Of a stretch of DNA of 32,561 nt, positions 1-10,460 are shown piece by piece; the first letter of the stretch is position 1, and each line of letters opens with the position of its first letter. The DNA comes from Octopus bimaculoides (Eukaryota): assembly GCF_001194135.2 (NCBI RefSeq), contig NC_068982.1:55230663-55263223 (forward strand), given 5' to 3'. The position numbers and the translations under genes were made by a program. Under the pieces are notes generated by a model. The model had not been told where the DNA came from. It saw only the letters and a list, made by a program, of their open reading frames with translations, and searched no databases.

Positions 1-346
1 TGTACTTCCCAGGCAGATATGGGTCCTTCGCAGCACTCGGCTTCGCTGGTCGAGAGTTGCGGCAGGCCGTCTAGGTACACACCGAAGTCTGTTCCGTCGT
101 CCGTCCTACCGTCCGTCCCGAACAATCGAGCAAAGTGCTGCTGAAAGGCCGCACACATCTGCTTCGGTTCCGAAATCTCGCAGTCGTTCTGGTCCACCAA
201 AGACCGAATGGTCGCTCTGTTGCCACGCTTCGCCTCAACCACTCGGGCCCATCGAGCGGCCTTAGTCCCCTCCCCGCTTACCGAAAGTGCTTTAGCTCTG
301 ACAACGCAGCCTTCATGTTTGGCATCAAAGTGTTGGTCGAGGGCCA
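1..346 (-). mobile_element. L1-superfamily (Tx1-like) LINE ORF2 fragment, linker between endonuclease and RT; frame open to the window edge
   Basis: My minus-strand translation of 344..3 has no stop: ALDQHFDAKHEGCVVRAKALSVSGEGTKAARWARVVEAKRGNRATIRSLVDQ...MCAAFQQHFARLF...VYLDGLPQLSTSEAECCEGPISAWEV. This fits the L1/Tx1 pattern G..IRSRA.W...GE..TK / F..LY / FL..LP.LS...LE.PI..EEI that precedes KSPG.DG. GC content is well above the window background. It is absent from the ORF track because it has no start or stop in the window. Confidence 0.8.
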
Positions 347-858
347 ACGAACACAAACCGCAAAGAGTGGCAGAGTCGGAGACTGGCAAAACCCGCTGGT
401 ATTTTCCAATCCAAACAGATCAGGTGCTAGAGCATAACAGACCGGACCTAGTGGTGGTGGACAAGGTGCCCCACATATGCTATAGAGTTGATGTTGCATG
501 CCCCTTTGACCCACGAAGGAAGGCAAAAAGATAGATAGATACAACGCTCTTAAGTATGAAATAGACCGGCTATGGAATATGAAGGTGAAGATCGTGCCAA
601 TTATTGTTGGATCCTTGGGAACAATATCAGAAGGCATCAAGAGGAATATAAAGGAAATTGGAATAGAGTACCCAGTAGAACTGTTACAAAAGGTTTGCCT
701 CCTTGGCACGGCCAGAATAATGAGGAAAGTATTATATAGCTGAAAAGAACGAATAGCATGGTACTGTAAGTTGCAGATAGTAGGCCCGCTACGCATTCAC
801 GATTCTAGGAGCTCCAACAAAACTTGTAATAAAGAGAAAATAATAATAATAATAATAA
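347..858 (+). mobile_element. 5'-truncated non-LTR retrotransposon with restriction-like endonuclease (R4/Dong-like) ending in (TAA)n
   Basis: Reads EHKPQRVAESETGKTRWYFPIQTDQVLEHNRPDLVVVDK...VDVACPFD, then after a frameshift near 525 KIDRYNALKYEIDRLWNMKVKIVPIIVGSLGTISEGIKRNIKEIGIEYPVELLQKVCLLGTARIMRKVLYS* (stop 741-743). This shows the RPD..D..K..KY RLE motif and the LQK.CLLGTARI.RKVL C-terminus. A ~100-bp 3'UTR is followed by (TAA)6 at 841-858. Confidence 0.85.
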
Positions 859-1031
859 TTTTGGCACAATGCTAGAAATTTCGAGGGAGGTGGGTAAACC
901 GATTATATCGATCCTAAAAAATGAAAAGCAATGTTGTCCTCAGCGGAATTTGAACTCAGAACGTAAAAACGAACGAAATGCCGCTAAACATTTTGCACGG
1001 TGTGCTAACAATTGTGACAGCTCGCCGCCTT
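859..1031 (-). mobile_element. SINE family A copy with internal deletion
   Basis: Reverse complement gives ggcggcgagctg...ttagcac...aatgtttagcggcatttcg...ttctgagttcaaattccgc, the same head as the other family A copies in the window. Confidence 0.8.
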
Positions 1032-1469
1032 CATCTGAATAATGATAATAATAATAACGAATTCTTTTTTTAATGATACTTTTCATACATATATATTGGT
1101 CCAAAATATCTGACAAGAAACATGGCACCACAGTAAGTCCTCGGGGTATTGTGTCTGTGGTCTCTCGATTCGGTTCCTCGTTGCAACCTATTTCTCTTAT
1201 CTCGTAGTATGTTGATAAAGATATGAATTTTGGATAATCCGCCTCTTTCCCCGCTAGAAATCTATGATTATATTTCTTTGAATAAAACCATGTGTGTAAA
1301 AATGCGTGAGAGTGAGTACATGCATGTAAGTTGGGGTTTTAGGTCCCACAGACATCTGGAATGTGGGGAGACGACTGAAAAGCAAGTCTACTGAAGGTGA
1401 ATTAAATGCTAAAGTACATTATACACATGATAGGTATAATATTAAAAAGTATGTGCCCATGTAGACGCA

Positions 1470-2346
1470 CGAAGTCTGTAAATAAAATAATGAGAAATTT
1501 TCTGTGAACTCTTTAATTTATAATTAAACAACAAATCAACTCTGTCGCCTTCAAAATAGCTCCCTTGGGAAATCACACAGCGCCCAGGACGTTGTTTTCA
1601 CTCTCCACAGCAGTACTTGAACTCAGAAACCAGAATGGCCTTAAGCTGTTTGGTTGCAGCCATTTTTTCATGTTTTCCAACGTACCAAAAAGATGTCCTT
1701 TTAAGTGAATTTTCAATATCAGGAAAAGAAAGAAGTCACACGGAATCAGGTCAGGCGAATACGGGGTCTGAGGGATAACAGAGATGCTTTCCCTTCCAAA
1801 AACTGTAACCGAAATCGCAGAAATTTCCCCCATTCCCAATTCGTTGGTCAAAATTTGATAAAAGTAGTGTCGTCCAAGTACAACTTCTCTCTAATCAACT
1901 TGACAGTTAACTGACGGTTAAATTACACAAGGCCTTCGATTCGTTCCACATTTTCGTCATTTCTTAAGTTGATTGCTTTTCTGACCGACGGTCATCTTCA
2001 ACGAATTCTCAGCCTTCTAAAAAGGCTTTGAACCATCTGAAAACATGCACGCTTGATAAAGCAGCCTCCCCGTAAGCCTGTTGAAGTTTGGCACAAGTTT
2101 CAGTGGCATTGTGTCTGAGTTAGAAACAAAACTTGCTCGTAACTGTCCTTGCTCATTTTCAGGACACACAGAACAAAATCACTTCGCAAAACGTGCACTC
2201 ACAGTTCACCTGTTAACATCACGTGGTTGCTGCTTGAATTCAAGTTAAAGGGGGCATTGATGTGGTAACACTATGAAGAGAAACCCCGCAGTATTGCGAG
2301 ATCAAGCGCTGTGGGACTAGTCCCATTGCTTTATTTACAGGCCTCA
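1470..2346 (-). mobile_element. Mariner (DD34D-type) DNA transposon, internally deleted and decayed
   Basis: TIRs of ~27 bp at 1469-1495 and 2321-2347 match 21/27, with TA at the right end. Minus-strand remnants: NATETCAKLQQAYGEAALSSVHVFRWFKAFLEG*EFVEDD (N-terminal HTH); ELGMGEISA joined directly to SISVIPQTPYSPDLIPCDFFLF.ILK.HLKG (YSPDL motif); and C-terminal RCVISQGSYFEGD. Confidence 0.9.
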
Positions 2347-2409
2347 TATAGCGAAATTGACTACAATAGCAATCATGTCTATGTACTTAGTAGACTTGTA
2401 TCTGACACT

Positions 2410-2438
2410 CCCCCTTCTCCCTTCTCTTTCTTCCCTCA

Positions 2439-2473
<35 letters not shown>

Positions 2474-2515
2474 CCTCTCTCCTGTTCTCTCCCTTCTCTA
2501 TCTTTCTCTCCCCTA
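2410..2515. repeat. (CT)n-rich pyrimidine tract
   Basis: Directly visible ctctctct... low-complexity run. Confidence 0.9.
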
Positions 2516-2544
2516 ACTCATTAGGTGATCAAGACAGCAAGAGT

Positions 2545-2750
2545 CATCAACTCAACACGAAGCGTCTATGCAGACGCTCGGCCTGCAACAAATAGCAGTC
2601 AATTCTCTTTCAAATCAAACCATACCATCTTACAGAGGGAAGAAAATATTGTATAACTTATTCCTTTTTATATCATAAGTGATAATAAAAACAGGATGGA
2701 CTCGACTGGGACGTTCTCAATGATAGGCATTTTCGATCAGGGCCTTATCT
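2545..2750 (-). mobile_element. Decayed interspersed repeat (family D), related to 26930-27085
   Basis: Reverse complement contains ...ccatcctgtttt...taagatggtatggtttgatttgaaagagaattgactgctatttgttgcaggccgagcg. It shares the ccatcc(c/t)g and gcta(t/c)tt.t.gcagg.cga motifs with the plus-strand copy at 26930-27085. Confidence 0.4.
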
Positions 2751-2949
2751 GAGGCTGAAGAAGAAGAACCACACCAACTATGACAAACTTAGAGAGGTAA
2801 CTAGTAGTGCACTGGATGCAAATGGACGACTGAAAACACAAATAGACACACAAACCACTAAACTCTATATTGAGAAAAACATCCTCTATTAACAACAGTG
2901 GTCGATATTTTGTCATAAAGATTTAAATACATATATATAACTATATATA

Positions 2950-3078
2950 NNNNNNNNNNNNNNNNNNNNNNNNNNNNNNNNNNNNNNNNNNNNNNNNNNN
3001 NNNNNNNNNNNNNNNNNNNNNNNNNNNNNNNNNNNNNNNNNNNNNNNNNNNNNNNNNNNNNNNNNNNNNNNNNNNNNN
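2950..3078. other. Assembly gap
   Basis: Run of N. Confidence 1.
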
Positions 3079-3382
3079 AAGGACACAAAATATCCAGACA
3101 GTTAGGTGATACAAAAAAGGGACAACAAAACATCCAGATAGACGATACAAAGAAAACAAGGACGGGTCATTTGGAGTTTTCGGTAGAATTTTGTTGATGT
3201 AATCATAAATCGCATCAAACATATATGCTACCATCTTCAGGCAAAATTTTAAACTGGTAGATGTGAAGCAGGTGAGATTTCATTCATCGATCATGACGAA
3301 TCCAAGATGGTGAATTATATATTATGATATCGTCTATGAATACATCAATGAAATTCTACCGAAACAGATGCTTTCTTCTGTC
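3079..3382. mobile_element. Penelope-like terminal-repeat remnants: two head-to-head copies with hammerhead-ribozyme-like cores
   Basis: 3178-3240 (minus) and 3301-3364 (plus) are about 75% identical inverted copies. The minus copy reads CTGAAGA-T-GGTAG...CTACC-GAAA. The plus copy continues GAAAC-AGA...TCTG-TC. The Penelope assignment is inferred from the hammerhead motif and inverted arrangement. Confidence 0.5.
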
Positions 3383-3624
3383 CCTCTGCCTCTACCTCTC
3401 TCTCTTCTCTTCCCACGTGACCGGTGTTCGGCTAAGTCTGATCTTTCTTTCTTGGTTCGGCCGTCGGCCGTGCAACATCTATATTCCTCCCTGTGCCTGT
3501 GATTTGGTTCCATGTTGTCTACTCATTCCTAAATCGCATGAAACCAAATCAAACTGCTTTAAATTTTACATGTAACTCCTACTAAATGTGTTGAGTGCAC
3601 GTTTTCGTCTGTCCACTCACTCGT

Positions 3625-3643
3625 ATATATACACGCACACGCG

Positions 3644-3690
<47 letters not shown>
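3625..3690. repeat. (CA)n microsatellite
   Basis: Direct. Confidence 0.95.
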
Positions 3691-3691
<1 letters not shown>

Positions 3692-4146
3692 GGTAGTTTG
3701 ATTCAGTTCCACGTTACATGAATTTTCGTGACCGAACATGTTCACAGAATAGCTGAAGAAATGGACATGTTCTGCACCAACGAAAATCCAGATAATGTAG
3801 AACTGATCAAACTATTATTAGATACATAAAACTTCAGCTAAACGTGTTAAGTACTATTCTCTTTCGTCTGTTGACGCTCTTGCACGCATGCCCGGGCGAT
3901 TGAATTTGAGTGCGCATGTGTATGTGTGTGCGTGTGTGTGAGTGTTAAACTCGCTTGTAAACATAGACATACAAGCACACACACACATGAATCTGCACAT
4001 ATACACACATTCATAAGCGTATTAAAACATAGGTGTTCACTTCAAACACGCACGTGCGCACACATACACATCTCTTATATTTCTTGACTATCAAGTTGTA
4101 CGTTTTTTTTTATATATACTTACACTACTGAATTAAAATTCCAGTG

Positions 4147-4151
4147 CATGT

Positions 4152-4215
<64 letters not shown>

Positions 4216-4325
4216 TTGTGTCTGTGTATGTATGTGTAAAAATATATGTATTTACTTATACATTTATGTATGTATAAGTTTGTATGTATAAGTATACAGC
4301 TACTTACATATATGTATATGTATAA
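4147..4325. repeat. (TG)n microsatellite grading into degenerate (TATG)n
   Basis: Direct. Confidence 0.9.
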
Positions 4326-4768
4326 ATGTGTATATTGTGAATAGGGACGTACGTTTAATTTTGACATTTTCAACGATGTACTAGAGAGTTACATTTCTCT
4401 GTTTAAACACCCTAAACACCAATATTTAAACAACCTTACAGTTTAACTTATGTTTGGTTTTGATTTTGTTCTTATATTTTTCAACAAAAAAAAAGAAAGG
4501 TTCAAAAATTGTGTCGTGCTGCCATTTCTTGACATAACTTAACAAACAGCTTCACCTTTCAAAATTACTGTTTTTGACATAATTATCAAGGCTTAATTGT
4601 TTGTTGGCGACATTTGTGATTTTCTGGCCAAAACATCATAAGATAAAACATATATTTGACCTATGTCAGCGTCTTCTTTCGGGTTTAGTTTGCTTGTATG
4701 TATTTTTTTGATGTTATTCTTTTAAATTCTTCTTAGTAAATTCAACATATTGATATTTTCGCTCCCAG

Positions 4769-4821
4769 ACGCATCATCCAATTACTGAAGATATTTTCTA
4801 TCACCACAGCTAACGGTGATC
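4769..4821 (+). CDS. Candidate small exon (xRIIQLLKIFSITTANGDx), host gene unknown
   Basis: Acceptor gatattttcgctcccag| and donor ATC|gtaagc, with one of three frames open. I recognise no homology, so it could be a pseudo-exon. Confidence 0.2.
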
Positions 4822-4879
4822 GTAAGCTAACATCACACAATATTAAATTAACTGTCGTAATATATATTATAGGCGACTG

Positions 4880-4880
<1 letters not shown>

Positions 4881-4939
<59 letters not shown>

Positions 4940-5220
4940 NNNNNNNNNNNNNNNNNNNNNNNNNNNNNNNNNNNNNNNNNNNNNNNNNNNNNNNNNNNNN
5001 NNNNNNNNNNNNNNNNNNNNNNNNNNNNNNNNNNNNNNNNNNNNNNNNNNNNNNNNNNNNNNNNNNNNNNNNNNNNNNNNNNNNNNNNNNNNNNNNNNNN
5101 NNNNNNNNNNNNNNNNNNNNNNNNNNNNNNNNNNNNNNNNNNNNNNNNNNNTATATATATATGTATATGCATATATATGTGTGCATGTATGTATGTATGT
5201 ATGTATGTATACATGTGTGT
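4881..5220. repeat. (TG)n / N-gap (4940-5151) / (TA)n-(TATG)n block
   Basis: Direct. Confidence 0.95.
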
Positions 5221-5680
5221 GGGGATGGGTGGTGTAATGGTCGAATAATTTCTATCTTTTCTCAGATTTTAGGTTCATGTCTTATTATAGTTATCCAGTA
5301 GTCTTTCGACAATGTGTAGATTTATCTTTCTGTCAAATTGGAAACGAAATTATGCCTATCAAGCTGTAATACTACATAACGGTTTCTCTAATATCGCTCG
5401 TCAGATTTTTTAAAAGACACAAAGTGGTAAAAGTGTTCTTGAAATCTTACGGTTTATCAATTCGGCATTTGTTTATTTAGATAAATGCCTCCTTCATCAC
5501 TTCTGCAGTATTTTTCTAATTATCGAAAATAAATCTGGAATTTAATTAAATAATTCTGCCCTGACTTTTTGCGATAAACCAAATCTTCATCATGAAATTA
5601 ATTAATTGAAAGCGCGGGATTCAAATATTTAATATGTTAGACATGACCTAATTTCCAACTTTTTATTATAAACTAGGTTA

Positions 5681-6088
5681 AGGCGCCGAGATTCGTAGAA
5701 TCGTTAGCACATCGGGCAAAATGCTTAGCAGCATTTCATCCGTCCGCATGTTTTGTGTTCAAATTCCGCCGTAGTTCACTTTAACGTTCATCATTTCGGG
5801 GTCGATAAAATAAGTACCAGTTGAGCACTGGAGTTGATGTAATCGACTTACCCCTTCCCCGAATTAACTGGCCTTGTGTAAAGCTTTGAAACCAAAAGCG
5901 GTGAGCTGGCAGAATCGTTATCACGCCGGGGAAAATGCTTAGCGACATTTCGTCCATCTTTACGTTCTGAGACTTTACCTTTTATCCCTTCGGGGTCGAT
6001 AAATAAGTGCCAGTTGAGCAGAAGAGGGAATCTAATCGACTTGTCCCTCCTCCCAAAAGTGCTACCTTTATACCAAAATTTCAGATCA
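5681..6088 (+). mobile_element. Two head-to-tail SINE family A copies (5681-5894, 5897-6088)
   Basis: Each has the ggcg.cgag head (A-box-like), ttcaaattcc (B-box-like, deleted in the second copy), ggggtcgataaaataagtacc core and gtcgatgtaatcgac-type palindrome. Confidence 0.9.
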
Positions 6089-7571
6089 TTTTTAGACTAA
6101 GTAATAAATGTTTCTTTTTGTCAAATATTGCAGACTTTAATATAAATTAGCTTCTCTCAAATATTATAGCTTTGTGTTTTAAAAATATTATCTTTCAGGA
6201 AATATTTATTATGAAGGGAAATTCTCTCTTTTGTCAAGTAGCCCTTTGTTTCAACGTGCATGAGTTGCAATTATTTAGTATAGTTGCGTGCTTCAGTAAG
6301 CAATCATTTCATATTAATGTAAAAGTTTACTTTATAAAATCATATTACGTGTAAGGACCTAAATTACAGATTCACCCCGAGAGAACAAGTATCAGTACAA
6401 TAGGGGGTATGTGGGAACGAGTTGGAAAGTTCAAAAGAGAAATGACACTAGCGAAACAGCTCTAAAGTTTGACCTGAGAGCTTGACTTGGTGGCATTTGC
6501 TTTCAAATGGAGATCTGCGCTGGTATTTACAAATATTTTATTGTTATAAAGTACTGGGTGTACGATATCAGTATAATTCATTTAACGTAAAATTATCTTT
6601 TTCGATTTCCAAATACTGACACCTTGTAAAAATGACGTAATATTTGGTTCCAAGATGCACGATCTTATAATAAAGATTGGTCGTCTGGCAATTCTACATT
6701 AAGACAGAATGCTGCACAAAATTCTTTAAACTCATTATAGAGGCTCATGATATCTCTGTATTAAGCAACCGGATCGTCAAGTGAACAGACGAGTTTTTAA
6801 TTGGTTTTCTTTTAGCATAACATAGTGTTTTGCTCAGTCATTATAAACGAAAAGAAAATAAATGTCATCAGTATACAAACTGCGCAACCAGTCATTTCAC
6901 GTCGATGTAAATGTTTACTTTTATGGTATATTTAAGTTTTAGGTCAAAAGAAACAACTTTCTGCAAACTGGACGAAAACGTGTTAATTCTTAGAAAATAA
7001 TTTATATAGAATTTCTTATTTTGATTTATTTATACTTTTCCCATTAAAAAATAAAACTCCCTCTAAGCATAAAATACTTGTAAATACAATTGCAACACTT
7101 TATTTAAAATCAAATTATGTTTGTTTCTTTTTTTTTTTTCTGTCGTCAAACAAGTTCAAGCCACTTGGGACTCCTTAAAGGGCTGACCAGTGTGCACATA
7201 AACTGAAATTTTCATTCAGATAAAATAAAACAATCTTCAAAGTAATACCAAAAAATAAATTGACTCTTCTAGCAATTTGAAATAAAAATTAAATCCTGCT
7301 AATTTTGGCACCCAACCAATAGCCTTGAATTTATGATGCTAATGAAAAACGATGCTAATGGTGCTTTGTAATAATTTAAAATTGCAAATTAGTGACTTTG
7401 GAGAAACAGATATAACTGCTGTGTTACTACACAGTAGATTTTATGCCACAGATAGTTAGCTTTTTAGATTTAAAGTTGTATTGTACAAACTCCATAAGCT
7501 TTAATAAACACATTACTGGTTACGTAGATACTCGTTTGTTTAGAACTGAGGTCGCCGAAATTTTTCGACCA

Positions 7572-7640
7572 TCGAGCCCCTTTAGCCTCTTCTCCTTCCG
7601 TCTCGACCCCATTTAGCCACTTCTCCTTCCGCATCGACCA
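7572..7640. repeat. Imperfect 31-bp tandem repeat (about 2.2 units)
   Basis: atcgagcccctttagcctcttctccttccgt / ctcgaccccatttagccacttctccttccgc / atcgacc. Confidence 0.8.
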
Positions 7641-8169
7641 CCCTCCTCATTTAAAATATCTTAATACCCTACACCACCGTACCATATCTTAAATGCGTAC
7701 CAGGTACTGAAGGTGGCAATAACGTTTATGAGATATGTATTTAATATCTTATCTCCCCCAACAGGCCTGGTCTCAGACTTCCCGCTGCAGTAAAAACTTG
7801 TGTTTTCCCACGTTTCATGGCGTTAAGTATTTCAAGCAGTTCATCTGTGTGAGCTGGTCTTTCGCACACCGACTTCCATTCGACCCTTCGGCAGTCATCG
7901 ATTCCCTGTAATTCCTCGCCGAACCCTAAGGAGTCCCTCGGACCCACTTTGACGACCCCTCTTCTAGAGAGTTAACTATAGTCTGTTACCTGTCCAAGAT
8001 GGATTTTGTCTCGATAACCATCAAAAGTCATTGAAATAGAAGTTGCATAAATTTATTATTGTTCATCTGCAATTAATAACTTGACAATACTGATATTGTT
8101 AATACTCATTCAAATTTATATTATCAAATCTAATGGAGCTGTTGAACTCAAATATAAATAATAAAATTA

Positions 8170-8333
8170 CCACAGGTTCAGTCTCACTGCATGACATCTT
8201 GAGCAAGTGTTTTCTACTGTAGCCTCGGGCCGGATAAAGCCTTATGAATACATTTAGTAGACGGAAACTGAAACAAGCCCGTCGTGTGTGTATGTGTGTA
8301 TACATACATACATACATATATATATATAGATAG

Positions 8334-8400
<67 letters not shown>
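8170..8400 (+). mobile_element. SINE family B (5'-truncated head and core) followed by (TG)n
   Basis: ggttcagtctcactgc...cttgagcaagtgtttctact.tagcctcgggccg...aagcctt.tga...tagacggaaactgaaa..agcccgtcgt, matching the copies at 22411, 27405, 30158 and 31446. The ttgggcaagt-like motif resembles CORE-SINEs. Confidence 0.85.
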
Positions 8401-9017
8401 CATACAGAGTTGTCTAAAAGTCACCTGACAGTAAATCAAAACCAAGTTTAACAACTGAATGAATTTAATAAAAAGCATCTAAATATGAAACATCATGAGG
8501 TTTGGCAAGCTTATTGCCAAAATGAGAGGGTCAACACACATTGGTATGAAATTTTAAGCTTTAATTCAACTGAAGAAAACGCTTGTTTTCCATAATGTAA
8601 TCGATTTATCCAATAAAAAGCACGTCTGAAACAGCAGCAGTTAAAGAAAACCTCAACTCATTTGTATTCATTCTTCATAATTTTATATATACATACATAT
8701 GCATATATGTCTAGATAGCTAAATAGCTAGCTATCTATCTAGCTAGATAGATAGATAGACACATATGCATACGTGCACACATACATATTGGGCAACACCT
8801 GGCATTTTAGCCAGTGTGCCATTTTGAAACTAAAAAAGGCAACATATATTTGAAGTGCAGTACATTTAATATACATGCACCCACTTTGCAGCTGTCTCAT
8901 ATAAAAAATGAAAGTTTTTATATTAAAACTATTTGTTATTTATATTTTTGCGACATGTGCAGCGTTTATGCACCTGAAACACTACTGATGTGTGTGTGTA
9001 GGTACGTGTATACTTAA

Positions 9018-9021
<4 letters not shown>

Positions 9022-9049
<28 letters not shown>

Positions 9050-9725
9050 NNNNNNNNNNNNNNNNNNNNNNNNNNNNNNNNNNNNNNNNNNNNNNNNNNN
9101 NNNNNNNNNNNNNNNNNNNNNNNNNNNNNNNNNNNNNNNNNNNNNNNNNNNNNNNNNNNNNNNNNNNNNNNNNNNNNNNNNNNNNNNNNNNNNNNNNNNN
9201 NNNNNNNNNNNNNNNNNNNNNNNNNNNNNNNNNNNNNNNNNNNNNNNNNNNNNNNNNNNNNNNNNNNNNNNNNNNNNNNNNNNNNNNNNNNNNNNNNNNN
9301 NNNNNNNNNNNNNNNNNNNNNNNNNNNNNNNNNNNNNNNNNNNNNNNNNNNNNNNNNNNNNNNNNNNNNNNNNNNNNNNNNNNNNNNNNNNNNNNNNNNN
9401 NNNNNNNNNNNNNNNNNNNNNNNNNNNNNNNNNNNNNNNNNNNNNNNNNNNNNNNNNNNNNNNNNNNNNNNNNNNNNNNNNNNNNNNNNNNNNNNNNNNN
9501 NNNNNNNNNNNNNNNNNNNNNNNNNNNNNNNNNNNNNNNNNNNNNNNNNNNNNNNNNNNNNNNNNNNNNNNNNNNNNNNNNNNNNNNNNNNNNNNNNNNN
9601 NNNNNNNNNNNNNNNNNNNNNNNNNNNNNNNNNNNNNNNNNNNNNNNNNNNNNNNNNNNNNNNNNNNNNNNNNNNNNNNNNNNNNNNNNNNNNNNNNNNN
9701 NNNNNNNNNNNNNNNNNNNNNNNNN

Positions 9726-9784
<59 letters not shown>

Positions 9785-9863
9785 AAGAAGAAGAAGAAGA
9801 AGAAGAAGAAGAAGAAGAAGAAGAAGAAGAAGAAGAAGAAGAAGAAGAAGAAGAAGAAGAAGA
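9022..9863. repeat. (TA)n / N-gap (9050-9725) / (TAA)n(GAA)n block
   Basis: Direct. Confidence 0.95.
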
Positions 9864-9927
9864 ATGAATAAAATCCAAAACTTAGGGGGAAAAATTCAAT
9901 TTAGCAAAATTAAATCAAATTTCCCAA

Positions 9928-10012
9928 AATTTGAACTTAGGACTTAGAGATGGACGAATTACTGTTACGCATTTTGCCCGGCACGCTAACGAATCTGCCA
10001 GCTCGTTGCCTT
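9928..10012 (-). mobile_element. SINE family A 5' fragment
   Basis: Reverse complement aaggcaacgagctggcagattcgttagcgtgccgggcaaaatgc...ctaagttcaaatt. Confidence 0.75.
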
Positions 10013-10144
10013 CCTGTGCGACAAATATCGAGTAGTGTTCAGCAGTAAATTGAACAAAATTTATATACTCATAAAAAATAATTACTGTTTCATACACTAA
10101 TTTTAATTCACACAGCATAACATTTGTGTTATACCTTCCCTTAA

Positions 10145-10176
10145 AAATCCAGCGAAATTTTTTGGCCACCCCAATA
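10145..10176. mobile_element. Lone mariner-like terminal inverted repeat
   Basis: ...gaaattttttggccaccccaata is the reverse complement of tattggggtggccaaaaaatttc, which resembles mariner TATTGGGTTGGCCAAAAA termini as I recall them. No partner end found. Confidence 0.35.
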
Positions 10177-10460
10177 CATAGCATAACATTTGTTCTAGAT
10201 GAGTGCGTGACTTGTCTAATCTTTAACATTATTATAATTAAAGATGTTTATAGGAATGGAAACTGAAGTTGTCAGGTAGGGTTATAATGTAACAAAGATG
10301 TTTGTACAATGAAATGGTGTTAGCTGTGATTGTGTCTTAAACGTCTCCGTGTCAAATAACTTTTTCAAAGAATTACATCTGAGACCTTGGAAGTGCTATG
10401 ATACATATTGGACTGATTGACATCGGTGTGAAACTGCTGTTAACTATCAGTGCTACATAT

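Noticed and set aside
135-796. ORFs 135..437 (+) and 278..796 (-)
   Set aside because: Off-frame or antisense shadows of the Tx1 and R4/Dong fragments. Only the 3' part of ORF 208..534 is true transposon protein.
4848-5301. Overlapping ORFs rich in X, CV, HT and YI
   Set aside because: Produced by dinucleotide repeats and an N-gap.
4769-5370. Resemblance to a DEG/ENaC N-terminus (FSITTANG similar to F...T.HG; MSYYSYPV similar to YFSYPV in a possible exon from 5266)
   Set aside because: The His of the HG motif is absent, the spacing is off, the intervening transmembrane segment is missing and no downstream FPAVT.CN exon was found.
8403-8432. tacagagttgtctaaaagtcacctgacagt, like a Tc1 terminal repeat
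   Set aside because: No inverted partner or transposase remnant found.
8982-9947. Long ORFs with poly-X, poly-K, poly-R and poly-S
   Set aside because: N-gap plus (TAA)n(GAA)n microsatellite; not coding.
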